The notes under the pieces were generated by a model. It worked only from the letters and a program-made list of their open reading frames with translations. It ran no database searches and was not told the origin of the DNA. A stretch of DNA of 64,000 nt, from the IMG/VR virus record IMGVR_UViG_3300042934_000212, one strand, 5' to 3'. The translations under genes and the position numbers were made by a program. Source of the stretch: a virus. Lineage: Duplodnaviria; Heunggongvirae; Uroviricota; Caudoviricetes. This document shows positions 18,614 through 27,622 of the stretch, in pieces. Positions within the stretch are counted from its first letter, which is position 1, and each line of letters begins with the position of its first letter.

Positions 18614-19759
18614 TTAACGTTTGTTAGCAATATCGCGTAGTGCGATTTTCAGATCCTGATCCATTTTGGACATTTGGATTGCTGCTTGCTTACGTTCTTC
18701 ACGACCAGCACGTTCGATACGGATGGTTTCATTAATACCATTCAACATATCGGTTTGGATAGACTGCAAAGTACTCAAGTCTACTACGCCACGCTGGTTC
18801 GCTGCTGCTGCATCTTTCATGTTCTGTGACACGGTTTTCGCGTTATCCTTCAACAGACGGTTAGTTTCGTTGTCGATCATATTCGACAGTTCGTTGTCTT
18901 TCTTCTGCTGCAAGCTGATTAGTGACAGACTCATATTGTTCTGCCATGCTGGAATTACAACAGTGTTAAGAGATTCGAACTTCTCAACAGTGTTCATATT
19001 CACTTTACGCATTGACGCAATCTGAGGTGCAGTCAACTTAGCAAGCTGAATCAGACGACGAAGTTTGTCGGCCTGCTTATCCAATGCATCGGTAAGCATA
19101 CGCTGATCGTCGAGTACGTTCATTGGAGTATCAGGGTTTGCCATCAGTTCGGACAACTTCTGATCTTCAATTGCTTTCACTGGCTCCAGATGTTCCAGAA
19201 TGTCACCAAGCTCATGCAAGTACTCAATGTTTGCATCATAGGCACTTTCAAGCCATACGGCTTCGCCACGCATACGATCAATACCAGTACCTAAAGTTGT
19301 TGAAATTTTGGTAATCTGGTCTTTACTTGTTTCGAACTGATCAAGTACTTTCTGTTTGGTATCACCGAAGATGTTCCAAACACGAGCCAACATACCTGAA
19401 CGTTTCTCACCGAGGCGTGAAACATCTACCTTACGAGTTAAGGTAAGAATGTTGGCAATACCATCACCAAGTTCACCAGTATCTGCAACTTTAACTTTAG
19501 AAAGAATTTCTTCTGAAAGTTTACCAATGCTCTGACCTGCATCAGAACCCAAAGTATGGATGTTCGCAACAGTCAGTTGAATTTCAGTACCTTTCGAGTC
19601 GCGAAGCACTGGCAGGTTTTTCTCTGACTGTTTGATTTCTTCCTGGTCAAAGGTCTGTGCTTCTTTCTGCTTAGTTGCAGCAGGTTTACGCTTACGCTGT
19701 ACTGTTTTCTTCGGCTGTGGTACTTCTTCGAATTCGTTAGATGCGTTGGTAGTTGACAT
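18614..19759 (-). CDS. TelA/KlaB-like toxic anion resistance protein
   Basis: IHTLGSDAGQSIGKLSEEILSKVK...APQIASM...VIPAWQN...TNRLLKDNA...RGVVDLSTL. Confidence 0.8.
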   Translation of the reverse strand: MSTTNASNEFEEVPQPKKTVQRKRKPAATKQKEAQTFDQEEIKQSEKNLPVLRDSKGTEIQLTVANIHTLGSDAGQSIGKLSEEILSKVKVADTGELGDGIANILTLTRKVDVSRLGEKRSGMLARVWNIFGDTKQKVLDQFETSKDQITKISTTLGTGIDRMRGEAVWLESAYDANIEYLHELGDILEHLEPVKAIEDQKLSELMANPDTPMNVLDDQRMLTDALDKQADKLRRLIQLAKLTAPQIASMRKVNMNTVEKFESLNTVVIPAWQNNMSLSLISLQQKKDNELSNMIDNETNRLLKDNAKTVSQNMKDAAAANQRGVVDLSTLQSIQTDMLNGINETIRIERAGREERKQAAIQMSKMDQDLKIALRDIANKR

Positions 19760-19810
19760 TATTTTTTAATCCTGTTTCTTAGTTAATTAGAGTATCGGGC
19801 TGATGTAAAC

Positions 19811-19839
19811 ATTCTACCGATACTCGCATGATCTGTCAA
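19811..19839 (-). promoter_or_regulatory. sigma70-type promoter TTGACA-N17-TAGAAT
   Basis: Near-consensus; upstream of the telA-like gene. Confidence 0.75.
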
Positions 19840-20993
19840 GGGTTTTTTGGTGGATCGAGAGGTTTATTTTCCTCAGACGCTGTTTCGCGATAAGCCAAAT
19901 TACGGATTAACGAAACAGTTTCTTCATCCACCTTTGTTGATGCCTGATTCTGCAATTTCATAATCAACAACGGTACGAGTACTTCCTGGATTTCACCAAG
20001 TTTGTTGAGGTTGTTCAAGAAACGCTTGTTCACGGTCACTAATGACATTTCTGAAATATCAGTAGTTGCACGTAGTTTCATTAAACGTTCCTGACGAAGC
20101 TCAAACTCATACGCATCTTCTTCAGTTGCAATAACGTACTGGCAACCAATGATGCCGTGCTCTACGTTATCCTTAATGTCTTTGATCTTATCCTGGATAC
20201 CCTTGAACATTGTACTGATGCCACTGAACTTAGTCGGGTCAATTGCAACTGCATTGTTCAAACGATTCAGAATAGTACTAATATCGTCTTTCTCAACTTC
20301 AATGTCTTTCTTGGAGCCAGTTACACGCTGGAACCATGTACGCTTAAGAGGGAATAGAGATTCAAGAACGTTAGTCAGATTATCGAATACACCCATGATG
20401 TAATCGCTATTGGTCTGAAGAACGTTAACCAGATTCATTTGTTCCTGCGACAGTTCACGGTTGCTTGTAGTAATCTCAGTACTACAAACTTCGAAGTTCT
20501 CAACCCAATCAAGTACCGTCAATGGACGGAAACGGAAGTCGCTTTTCATCTCTTTAATAGCAGGCAAGCGTGGGTCATTAAGATCCAGATCTTTACGAGT
20601 AAAAGTAATCGGTGCTGGAATTGCTGGAGTCTGGTTTTCCATAACTACAGGTTTAGCACGACCCGCTTCATACTCTTTGTATTCAAGTTGTAATGCTGGA
20701 GTTGCGATTTCTTTGATACCAATACGACCAAAGTAAATATCATCCATCATCATTTCAAGTACACGAAGGCGAGTACTATCGTAGTAGATTTCATTCAAGT
20801 CTAAAGAACGAACATCAAAAATTGGCATACCGTTTGCGTCATAATTACGACTGACGATAACGTTGAACATGTATTTTTTCTGTACGTTTTTATCAAATAC
20901 TTTCAGCAAAGAGTTACGAACATAGTCGTAATCGAATTCCTGAATTTCGATGCTTGTACCCGTAGAATCCTTGAAGAAATATTTGCCTTTCAT
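19836..20993 (-). CDS. helical protein, possible divergent TelA-like partner
   Basis: Helical C-terminal region with KRTWFQRVTGSKK and a VLVPL segment, like the TelA neighbour. Confidence 0.5.
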   Translation of the reverse strand: MKGKYFFKDSTGTSIEIQEFDYDYVRNSLLKVFDKNVQKKYMFNVIVSRNYDANGMPIFDVRSLDLNEIYYDSTRLRVLEMMMDDIYFGRIGIKEIATPALQLEYKEYEAGRAKPVVMENQTPAIPAPITFTRKDLDLNDPRLPAIKEMKSDFRFRPLTVLDWVENFEVCSTEITTSNRELSQEQMNLVNVLQTNSDYIMGVFDNLTNVLESLFPLKRTWFQRVTGSKKDIEVEKDDISTILNRLNNAVAIDPTKFSGISTMFKGIQDKIKDIKDNVEHGIIGCQYVIATEEDAYEFELRQERLMKLRATTDISEMSLVTVNKRFLNNLNKLGEIQEVLVPLLIMKLQNQASTKVDEETVSLIRNLAYRETASEENKPLDPPKNP

Positions 20994-21044
20994 GATTATC
21001 TCTCTATTAATTAAAAATTGGGGGCGTTAACCCCCAAGTAAATC

Positions 21045-21245
21045 TTAACGCCAGGTTACTTTAGCCACTGATGCAGTCGCTACAACTTTAAGTACCGAGA
21101 AGTCGCGATCTGGATTTTCTTGTGCTAGACGTGCTGCTTCTGCTTTCGCTGATGCTTCAGTCGAGTGTGGTTTTGGTTTACCTGACATTGAACTCTGTCC
21201 AGTTGCCTTAGTAGTGCTGACAACAATATACTTTCCAGTTTCCAT
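21045..21245 (-). CDS. hypothetical phage protein
   Basis: 66-aa ORF followed by a hairpin terminator. Confidence 0.65.
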   Translation of the reverse strand: METGKYIVVSTTKATGQSSMSGKPKPHSTEASAKAEAARLAQENPDRDFSVLKVVATASVAKVTWR

Positions 21246-21276
21246 CCAATTTCCTATTTGTTTAAGTTTACTTTTT

Positions 21277-21906
21277 TTATTTCATAATGTCAAGGTCACG
21301 TAGTGCCTGAACTGATGCTGGTGAAAGACCTGCCGCATTAAGTTCATCTTGAACTGTAGCGTGTGCCGTTGGTGGTACAAACGTTGGTACTACCGCTTCA
21401 ACTGGTGCTTCAGCAGTTACTGCTTTTGAACCCTTTGACTTAGTTGGTGCTTCATCTGCTGGCTCATCTGCACGAGTGCTACGTGCTGGTGTATCTTCGG
21501 TACGTGGAACGTACTGAGCTTTACGTGCTGCACGGCGAGCGGCATATTTCGCTGCTTCTTTCGCTTCACGCTCTGGTGCTTTTTCTGCACGGTAAGCCGC
21601 CACACGTTCTGCTTCAGCTTCGATGTTCTTCTGACGCTGAACAGCGGTGCCTACTGGAGTTACTTCAAAGCTGGTGAAGATGCTTGGGATGATAGTGATT
21701 TCACCATCGTCATGGTCTTTCACTACTGCATAAAGCAGATCATCCATATCAACCGAACGTAGATTATGACCTGCAATAGTGCGGTCGGTGTTATGAGCCT
21801 GCTGTACATAAGAAAAAATACCATTCTCACGATCAACAGTGATTTCTACAACGCTGGTGGCTTTGAAAGAAGCTTTTTCGGTAAAGAAGAAGTTAATGGT
21901 GTACAT
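21277..21906 (-). CDS. hypothetical protein with an Ala/Arg/Lys-rich tail
   Basis: ORF downstream of a sigma70 promoter. Confidence 0.7.
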   Translation of the reverse strand: MYTINFFFTEKASFKATSVVEITVDRENGIFSYVQQAHNTDRTIAGHNLRSVDMDDLLYAVVKDHDDGEITIIPSIFTSFEVTPVGTAVQRQKNIEAEAERVAAYRAEKAPEREAKEAAKYAARRAARKAQYVPRTEDTPARSTRADEPADEAPTKSKGSKAVTAEAPVEAVVPTFVPPTAHATVQDELNAAGLSPASVQALRDLDIMK

Positions 21907-21986
21907 CGTATTTCCTTTTTAGGTTTTTAAAGTATAATTTATTTTCGCAGAAAACGCAGCGGGTTACCGCTGTCTTCATGTGGTAA

Positions 21987-22015
21987 ATGATAGGGCAAAA
22001 CGCATGACATGTCAA
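21987..22015 (-). promoter_or_regulatory. sigma70-type promoter TTGACA-N17-TATCAT
   Basis: Near-consensus, with an upstream A/T tract. Confidence 0.75.
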
Positions 22016-22042
22016 GCGACAAAAACAAAAAAGGACGAAAAA

Positions 22043-22837
22043 TTACGTCCTTTTGATATTCCAATGAAATGAAGTAACGGGAACAAATCTCTCAGGTGCT
22101 GGAGTTAAGTCGTACATCGTCGCATTTCTAAATTTTAAAATGTATGTATTCTGTAAAGATGCTACTGCTTTGTTCAAAGCTTGCATAGCACGTTCTTTCC
22201 AGAAGTTTGCATACGGTTCAGGACACTTAAGGTAGTCGTACCTGTACATACCTAAACTGGCTTGTATTAGTCGGTGTGGAGCTTCTGTCCTGCCATCAAC
22301 TAAGCTTGCACCATGTTGTACGGACGTCCATCCTGGAATCCCAGGTAATGAACAAAACAAATCAAAATCTCTGATACTTACGCACATAGTCGAATCAACA
22401 ATCTGATTATGGATTACAGCATCTTTAACAGTACTGTATAAATTAAAATCCATGTAAGCAGGTTTGTTATCGAACACATGCTGTAGTTCATTATATGTTG
22501 TAGGTACTGGTAGTTCTGGTAATAACTCACCAAAAACTTCTACACAAAATATCTTCCATAGACCATAGGTGAACGCTATCTCTGCGTCGTAAAGTTCATC
22601 AATCATATATCGACCTCTAAGCCGTTTTTCATTGATGAAAACTTTACGAGCTAAGTATGAACGTAACACCATTTCAGTACTTACATCACGCCTGTTAATG
22701 TTGTCGTAATTTTTACCAATACGATTGATTTCGTAAGTTCTGACATACATCCTCTTACTTAATCCAACATTACCTTCTGATTGTAAAGATGTTCTTGTAC
22801 TTTCATGAAGTGCCACTAACATATTATAAATTTTCAT
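22043..22837 (-). CDS. hypothetical protein
   Basis: 264-aa ORF, coupled. Confidence 0.7.
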   Translation of the reverse strand: MKIYNMLVALHESTRTSLQSEGNVGLSKRMYVRTYEINRIGKNYDNINRRDVSTEMVLRSYLARKVFINEKRLRGRYMIDELYDAEIAFTYGLWKIFCVEVFGELLPELPVPTTYNELQHVFDNKPAYMDFNLYSTVKDAVIHNQIVDSTMCVSIRDFDLFCSLPGIPGWTSVQHGASLVDGRTEAPHRLIQASLGMYRYDYLKCPEPYANFWKERAMQALNKAVASLQNTYILKFRNATMYDLTPAPERFVPVTSFHWNIKRT

Positions 22838-23520
22838 TATCGAAGTACTACATATTTTCCGTTAATGCCAACGATATATTCGTTACCGGATTTAAGTACT
22901 TCGTAATTTTCCCCAAGAACAGCACTCAATCGTGTTTGGTCTAGGCTTGTGTCTTCGTTCAGTAAGTTCTTTACATATGATTCGTTCACAATACCAGAAC
23001 CTTTGCTGTAATGCAACTCCGGCCCGTAAACACTTTTAATGCAAATTGATTCATTTACAATATCAACATTCACTGCTGCGAAGTCAAAGAATTCGCGTAG
23101 TTCTTCTTCACTAACTAGTTCCATATCATTAGTAATCTCATCAATATCCAAATCGATAGGATCATTAACTCCATACATCTGCAATTTCCAATCTGGATTA
23201 GGGCAAATGTTCTCAATGGATTTAATAAGTGCAATAAGCTTGTTAGGGAATTCTCCATCACGCTCGAACTCTACGAAGACTTGGTATAAACCATCAACGT
23301 TGGGTGTTTCTGCTGCTTCGGTATCAATAACATCTACTGGTGAACGTTCGATAAATGAACTTAAATCATATGCAGCATCGAAGTTATCTTTTACTAGAAA
23401 CATCACTACGATATTGGTATCGTCAATCTTAGGCGTATATTCATCTACACTAATTACTGGATGAATCAAATCCTTCAGTACTAATGGACGTAATGCCCTT
23501 TCATAAATTCTCTTAGACAT
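22837..23520 (-). CDS. hypothetical protein, probably late/virion
   Basis: 227-aa ORF in an operon behind a TAAATA motif. Confidence 0.7.
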   Translation of the reverse strand: MSKRIYERALRPLVLKDLIHPVISVDEYTPKIDDTNIVVMFLVKDNFDAAYDLSSFIERSPVDVIDTEAAETPNVDGLYQVFVEFERDGEFPNKLIALIKSIENICPNPDWKLQMYGVNDPIDLDIDEITNDMELVSEEELREFFDFAAVNVDIVNESICIKSVYGPELHYSKGSGIVNESYVKNLLNEDTSLDQTRLSAVLGENYEVLKSGNEYIVGINGKYVVLR

Positions 23521-24092
23521 TACATGCCTCCCTGTTCATCGAATTGAATATCATCCGAACCATCGCCTTGTTGATCCTGGCTTTGGTCATCTTGTGGTTG
23601 TTCTTCTGGAGCAGGTTGTGCTGGGTCTTCGTCGAGTGTATTACTGTTGAAGTCAGAAGCCATAAGTTTATATTCATCAAAACTTTCAGGGTTAACTAAA
23701 CGTCGTGGTATTTGAAACTTGTAAAGAATGATTGCTTTACGTTCGTCTTTCGGTTCACGCATTGCTGCTGAATTACCTAAGACGCTTTGCATGTCCTGAT
23801 TGCCACGTGGGTGAGAAATAGGGTATGTTTCCCAATCTGGACGTACTTTAATAATTGTACCCTGTCTTTCAAAGATCTTTGTAGCTACCGGGTCTGGAAA
23901 TGTTTCATGATCAAATTTAAGCGTGATTTCTACCCAATACTTACTTACGATTGGTCCTTCAACAATTTCACCATATATCCAGTTCTTATAAGCATACAAG
24001 TCCATGTTGTCAAAATATTCCTCTACGCCAAGAAGAATATCAAGTAATCCGTCCTGGTCGTAAAGATTCTGAACTGCTGTTGAACTATCCAT
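23520..24092 (-). CDS. hypothetical protein, probably late/virion
   Basis: 190-aa ORF with an acidic tail; TAAATA at 24127-24132. Confidence 0.7.
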   Translation of the reverse strand: MDSSTAVQNLYDQDGLLDILLGVEEYFDNMDLYAYKNWIYGEIVEGPIVSKYWVEITLKFDHETFPDPVATKIFERQGTIIKVRPDWETYPISHPRGNQDMQSVLGNSAAMREPKDERKAIILYKFQIPRRLVNPESFDEYKLMASDFNSNTLDEDPAQPAPEEQPQDDQSQDQQGDGSDDIQFDEQGGM

Positions 24093-24143
24093 GTATATCT
24101 TTCCTTTAAGGTTAATAATATAACCTTATTTACTATTAAAGAT

Positions 24144-24770
24144 TTAGTAATACTCTCCATCAATCTTATAAGTAATATACTCTGCCATCTGGTTCCAGTC
24201 AGTTACGAAATTATACTTAGGATTATCTTTTTCTGTAACATTATGTGTACATTGAAGTACTACCGTATCAAGACCAAGTTCCTGTGCAACATCGATATTA
24301 GCAAGATGGTCATCGACAACAGTAACAATATCGTACTGTGTTGCTAGCTTAGCATAAGTTCCACGTTTAGTTTGATAGTTTTCAAGAATAATAATATCGT
24401 CAAAAATATCACCAAACACATTATGCAAGTTAACTTTGCGTAGTACTTCACCATGACCGAATGTACCACTTTTCGTCACGACAATGAAAGCAACGTCAGG
24501 ATGAAACATTTCTAAGAACGTCATGCGGTCAGTAGTGAATTCATCCATTGGTTCTAGTAGACCAAATTCATATGAATAGAAGTTGAAGTTCTTTAATAGA
24601 TCCATAACCTGTTCACCATCACATTGCAACCAATCTTGGAGATTGTATTGCTTTGGTTCACCAACGGTTTTAATATCGTAATACTTTTCAACGTACTTTT
24701 TAAAACCACCTAAGTGGTTTAGTAGAATTTCGTCACAATCTAGAATTACTGCTTTTTGTTTCTGTGTCAT
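24144..24770 (-). CDS. HAD-family 5'(3')-nucleotidase-like phosphatase
   Basis: ILDCDEIL motif I; VVDDHLAN motif IV. Confidence 0.8.
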   Translation of the reverse strand: MTQKQKAVILDCDEILLNHLGGFKKYVEKYYDIKTVGEPKQYNLQDWLQCDGEQVMDLLKNFNFYSYEFGLLEPMDEFTTDRMTFLEMFHPDVAFIVVTKSGTFGHGEVLRKVNLHNVFGDIFDDIIILENYQTKRGTYAKLATQYDIVTVVDDHLANIDVAQELGLDTVVLQCTHNVTEKDNPKYNFVTDWNQMAEYITYKIDGEYY

Positions 24771-24781
24771 TAGTTTTCCTA

Positions 24782-25735
24782 TTACATTTGGTCGTTGCAG
24801 ATCAAATCAACTTCACATAGAAGTGCGGATAGGTTCATCTCGCGGTCAGATACAGATGCTTGTTTAACTACTGCATCACGAATCTTAACCTTGATCTTCA
24901 TTTCTTTAATTTCGTCTTTAGTGAACATATCGACATTACGATACAAGAATGAGAAGAAACCATCGATTTCATCTTCTGGAATATTCTGTACAATCTGTTC
25001 ACGCATCTGGCGAATATTACCCGCCTGCATTGCTTCGATAATCGCTGCACGATAACTAGCAGTACTATCAATTGAATCTTCAAGCTTAACTAACTTACCA
25101 CCAACAACTGAACTCTGTAGTGTGTTTAGAGTTTTACGGAAGTCAGGGAATGTACATTTAATGTACTTATTCACAAGGTCAAGACTTTCTTCAGAATCTA
25201 GCTCAACACCTTCAGTAAGAAGGATCTCGATGATACGAGTAGTGAATTCATCTTGGTCATGTTTTTCAATCATAATAGACTGAACACGAGAGATGATTGG
25301 CTTTAGAATCTTGTGTGGTTCATTCGAGGTAAGAATAAAACGAGCATTGTCGTGATAATCTTCCATGATACGTTTTAGTGAACCTTGGGCTTTAATACCC
25401 ATCTGTTCCATTTCTTCAAGTACAAAGATACGGTAATCACCAAATGCGGAAAGACGTGCTGCTGCATCAATCTTTTCACGTACTGCATCCATACCTTCAT
25501 CAGACATGTTAAGAATAGTTACGTCAGACGGATCTACGAAACCATTTTCCACAAGGCCATTGATTAGTACTTTAATCGCAGTAGTTTTACCTGTACCTGC
25601 TGGGCCGAAGAAACCAATATGTGGGATTTGGCCTGTTGCAATCCATTCAAGCATTTTCTGCTTGAAAGCTGGATTTTTAAATACGTATTCTTCTACTGTC
25701 CCTGGGCGGTATTTTTCTGTCCATAGAGAGGTCAT
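24782..25735 (-). CDS. clamp loader AAA+ subunit (RFC small / T4 gp44-like)
   Basis: LWTEKYRP, GPAGTGKTT, LNMSDE, ARFILTSN, PDFRK. Confidence 0.9.
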   Translation of the reverse strand: MTSLWTEKYRPGTVEEYVFKNPAFKQKMLEWIATGQIPHIGFFGPAGTGKTTAIKVLINGLVENGFVDPSDVTILNMSDEGMDAVREKIDAAARLSAFGDYRIFVLEEMEQMGIKAQGSLKRIMEDYHDNARFILTSNEPHKILKPIISRVQSIMIEKHDQDEFTTRIIEILLTEGVELDSEESLDLVNKYIKCTFPDFRKTLNTLQSSVVGGKLVKLEDSIDSTASYRAAIIEAMQAGNIRQMREQIVQNIPEDEIDGFFSFLYRNVDMFTKDEIKEMKIKVKIRDAVVKQASVSDREMNLSALLCEVDLICNDQM

Positions 25736-26029
25736 TTATTCTTCCTTATATTCATTAATCCAATCTGGATATAAAAGTGCTGTGAAAATATCTTCATTCA
25801 TTTCTATTTGGTCTAAAAGATAATCAAAGGTGTTTGCCATCGTTGGATTTTCCTGACCCATGTTTTTGATATTAGAAGCAGAAACTAACATTGCTTTAAA
25901 TAAATCTTCATCTACTTCAAATACTCTACTCCGGTTCTTTACCGTCTGCATATAAAACTTACCAGACTTATTGAGAGAGATAAGTTTTACATTGTAGAAA
26001 TTAAATTTACCATCAGTTGTTACGCTCAT
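25736..26029 (-). CDS. hypothetical protein
   Basis: ORF from ATG 26029, abutting the clamp loader gene. Confidence 0.55.
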   Translation of the reverse strand: MSVTTDGKFNFYNVKLISLNKSGKFYMQTVKNRSRVFEVDEDLFKAMLVSASNIKNMGQENPTMANTFDYLLDQIEMNEDIFTALLYPDWINEYKEE

Positions 26030-26074
26030 AAAATCTCGACAAAAATAATGCCCTGACAATGCAGGGCATAAAAA

Positions 26075-26395
26075 TTAATATCCTAGTCCTAAGAACTCAG
26101 GTCTTTCATCACCAGCGGCGAGAATACCTTTTGGATAATCTACTAAATTTAGAGAAACATCATCGACTGTGATTGTACGTGACCAACGACCATGTGCAAC
26201 CAGAATCCAATCACCTTCTTTTAGTTCTGTTATATCTTCACCAACGGAATATACTTTAGCCCAACGACTATGTACACCACGTACAGTACCGTCATCATCA
26301 CGTAAGACAATGCCAGATTTAAGAACTTGTTCACCAGTATCTAAATCAGATACTAGAACTTTACCTTTACAAGCAGTAAGTACTTTCGACTCCAT
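26075..26395 (-). CDS. GroES-like co-chaperonin
   Basis: KVLV...KSGIVL...AKVYSVG...LKEGDWIL. Confidence 0.8.
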   Translation of the reverse strand: MESKVLTACKGKVLVSDLDTGEQVLKSGIVLRDDDGTVRGVHSRWAKVYSVGEDITELKEGDWILVAHGRWSRTITVDDVSLNLVDYPKGILAAGDERPEFLGLGY

Positions 26396-26405
26396 TTGAA
26401 TATCC

Positions 26406-26783
26406 TTATTCTTGATCAGTATCGTCTTTCACAGTTTTAGCACGTTTAACAGGAGCTTTCTTTTCAACCGTTTCAGTTGGCTCACCAGTTGGAGTACTTT
26501 CAAACTGTGAATCGTCAAAACCAGTATCAGCAAAATCCATTGGATCGCCCATCTGTGGAGCAATAGAATGACTTTGATGTTCAGGGCTAATGTCTGGCTT
26601 CTGCAACTCACGTTCACGTTCAGCTAGTAAATCTTCACGCTTCTTAACAACCGTGCCGCCGCGACCAATAATATCGCCACGTGCATTCATGTTAGCGTTG
26701 CCGATTGCTACGCTATGCTGGTGCTGAAACTTCAACATTTCCATGTCGATCTTCTGACCACGATAACTTGTATGTTTTTTCAT
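26406..26783 (-). CDS. hypothetical jumbo-phage protein
   Basis: RGQKIDMEML...GNANMNARGDIIGRGG motif. Confidence 0.7.
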   Translation of the reverse strand: MKKHTSYRGQKIDMEMLKFQHQHSVAIGNANMNARGDIIGRGGTVVKKREDLLAERERELQKPDISPEHQSHSIAPQMGDPMDFADTGFDDSQFESTPTGEPTETVEKKAPVKRAKTVKDDTDQE

Positions 26784-26811
26784 AAAAATCCTTTTTTACG
26801 TTACTTGGTAC

Positions 26812-26840
26812 ATTATACCATAAAATTTCTTACCATTTCA
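26812..26840 (-). promoter_or_regulatory. phage-specific promoter TGAAAT-N17-TATAAT
   Basis: Repeated motif upstream of the GroES/clamp-loader genes. Confidence 0.7.
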
Positions 26841-27348
26841 AAAATTCGTTAACATCCAAATCGTATTTTAATGAATCAACCATATGTAATTCAATCAAAA
26901 ACAAACAGTAGCTGCTAACAGAACTTCCACGACCTAATCCCCAAAAGATATGGTGTTCTTCAAGATAATCTACAAGCCATATCATACAGCGTAGTAGTTT
27001 AGTCATGTTGTAGTTTTCGAATAGACTTAACTCATATAGTACTCGCTCACGTGCCGCATCAGTACTACATAAGTTTAAAAAGTAGTCTTCTAGATTAATT
27101 TTGTCATAAGCTGGATCGTAACGCCACAATTCATGATTCTTATCATGATCTATTGTGTAGTCCAACATACGTTCTTCTAATCCAAACTTCTTGCAGTTGT
27201 CATTGAACTTTAATCGTTCAGCTTCATCCTGCTCATTAAGTTGGATATAGGTTATATCTGCACCGCAGTTAATTGCATATACTACGGCGTTCAGATCTAA
27301 ACGTACATCACCATGATCGCTTATAGACCGATTTCCTTGTACTTTCAT
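26830..27348 (-). CDS. DNA polymerase III alpha (DnaE)-like N-terminal fragment
   Basis: ERVLYEL...LVDYL...WGLGRGSSVSSYCLFLI...VDSLKYDL..NEFL matches DnaE GPGRGS...DPL..DL.FERFL. Confidence 0.8.
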   Translation of the reverse strand: MKVQGNRSISDHGDVRLDLNAVVYAINCGADITYIQLNEQDEAERLKFNDNCKKFGLEERMLDYTIDHDKNHELWRYDPAYDKINLEDYFLNLCSTDAARERVLYELSLFENYNMTKLLRCMIWLVDYLEEHHIFWGLGRGSSVSSYCLFLIELHMVDSLKYDLDVNEFLKW

Positions 27349-27613
27349 TTTTCACATCATCAGTTGAATTAAGATACTTATCTGAATCAAATACACATGA
27401 ATTATTTTCTTTCTGAACTTGTTCAAGATCATTCTTAGCTTGACGAGAACGTAGTTCATCTTCACATGCATGAATTACAGAAAACATTTGCTGTACTACT
27501 TCGTATTGAACACCCGCAGAACGGGCGTTACTTACTCGTATTGACATTTCATTAATTTTATCAAAAAGTTCCTGATTATTCAATGGTGATGGATCAAAAA
27601 ATGGATGGAACAT
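27308..27613 (-). CDS. hypothetical protein
   Basis: MFHPFF...helical ORF. Confidence 0.65.
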   Translation of the reverse strand: MFHPFFDPSPLNNQELFDKINEMSIRVSNARSAGVQYEVVQQMFSVIHACEDELRSRQAKNDLEQVQKENNSCVFDSDKYLNSTDDVKNESTRKSVYKRSW

Positions 27614-27622
27614 AGATCCCCC

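Noticed and set aside
26830-27348. DnaE fragments as pseudogene debris
   Set aside because: Both ORFs are intact, translationally coupled to neighbours, complementary without overlap, and retain the catalytic motifs
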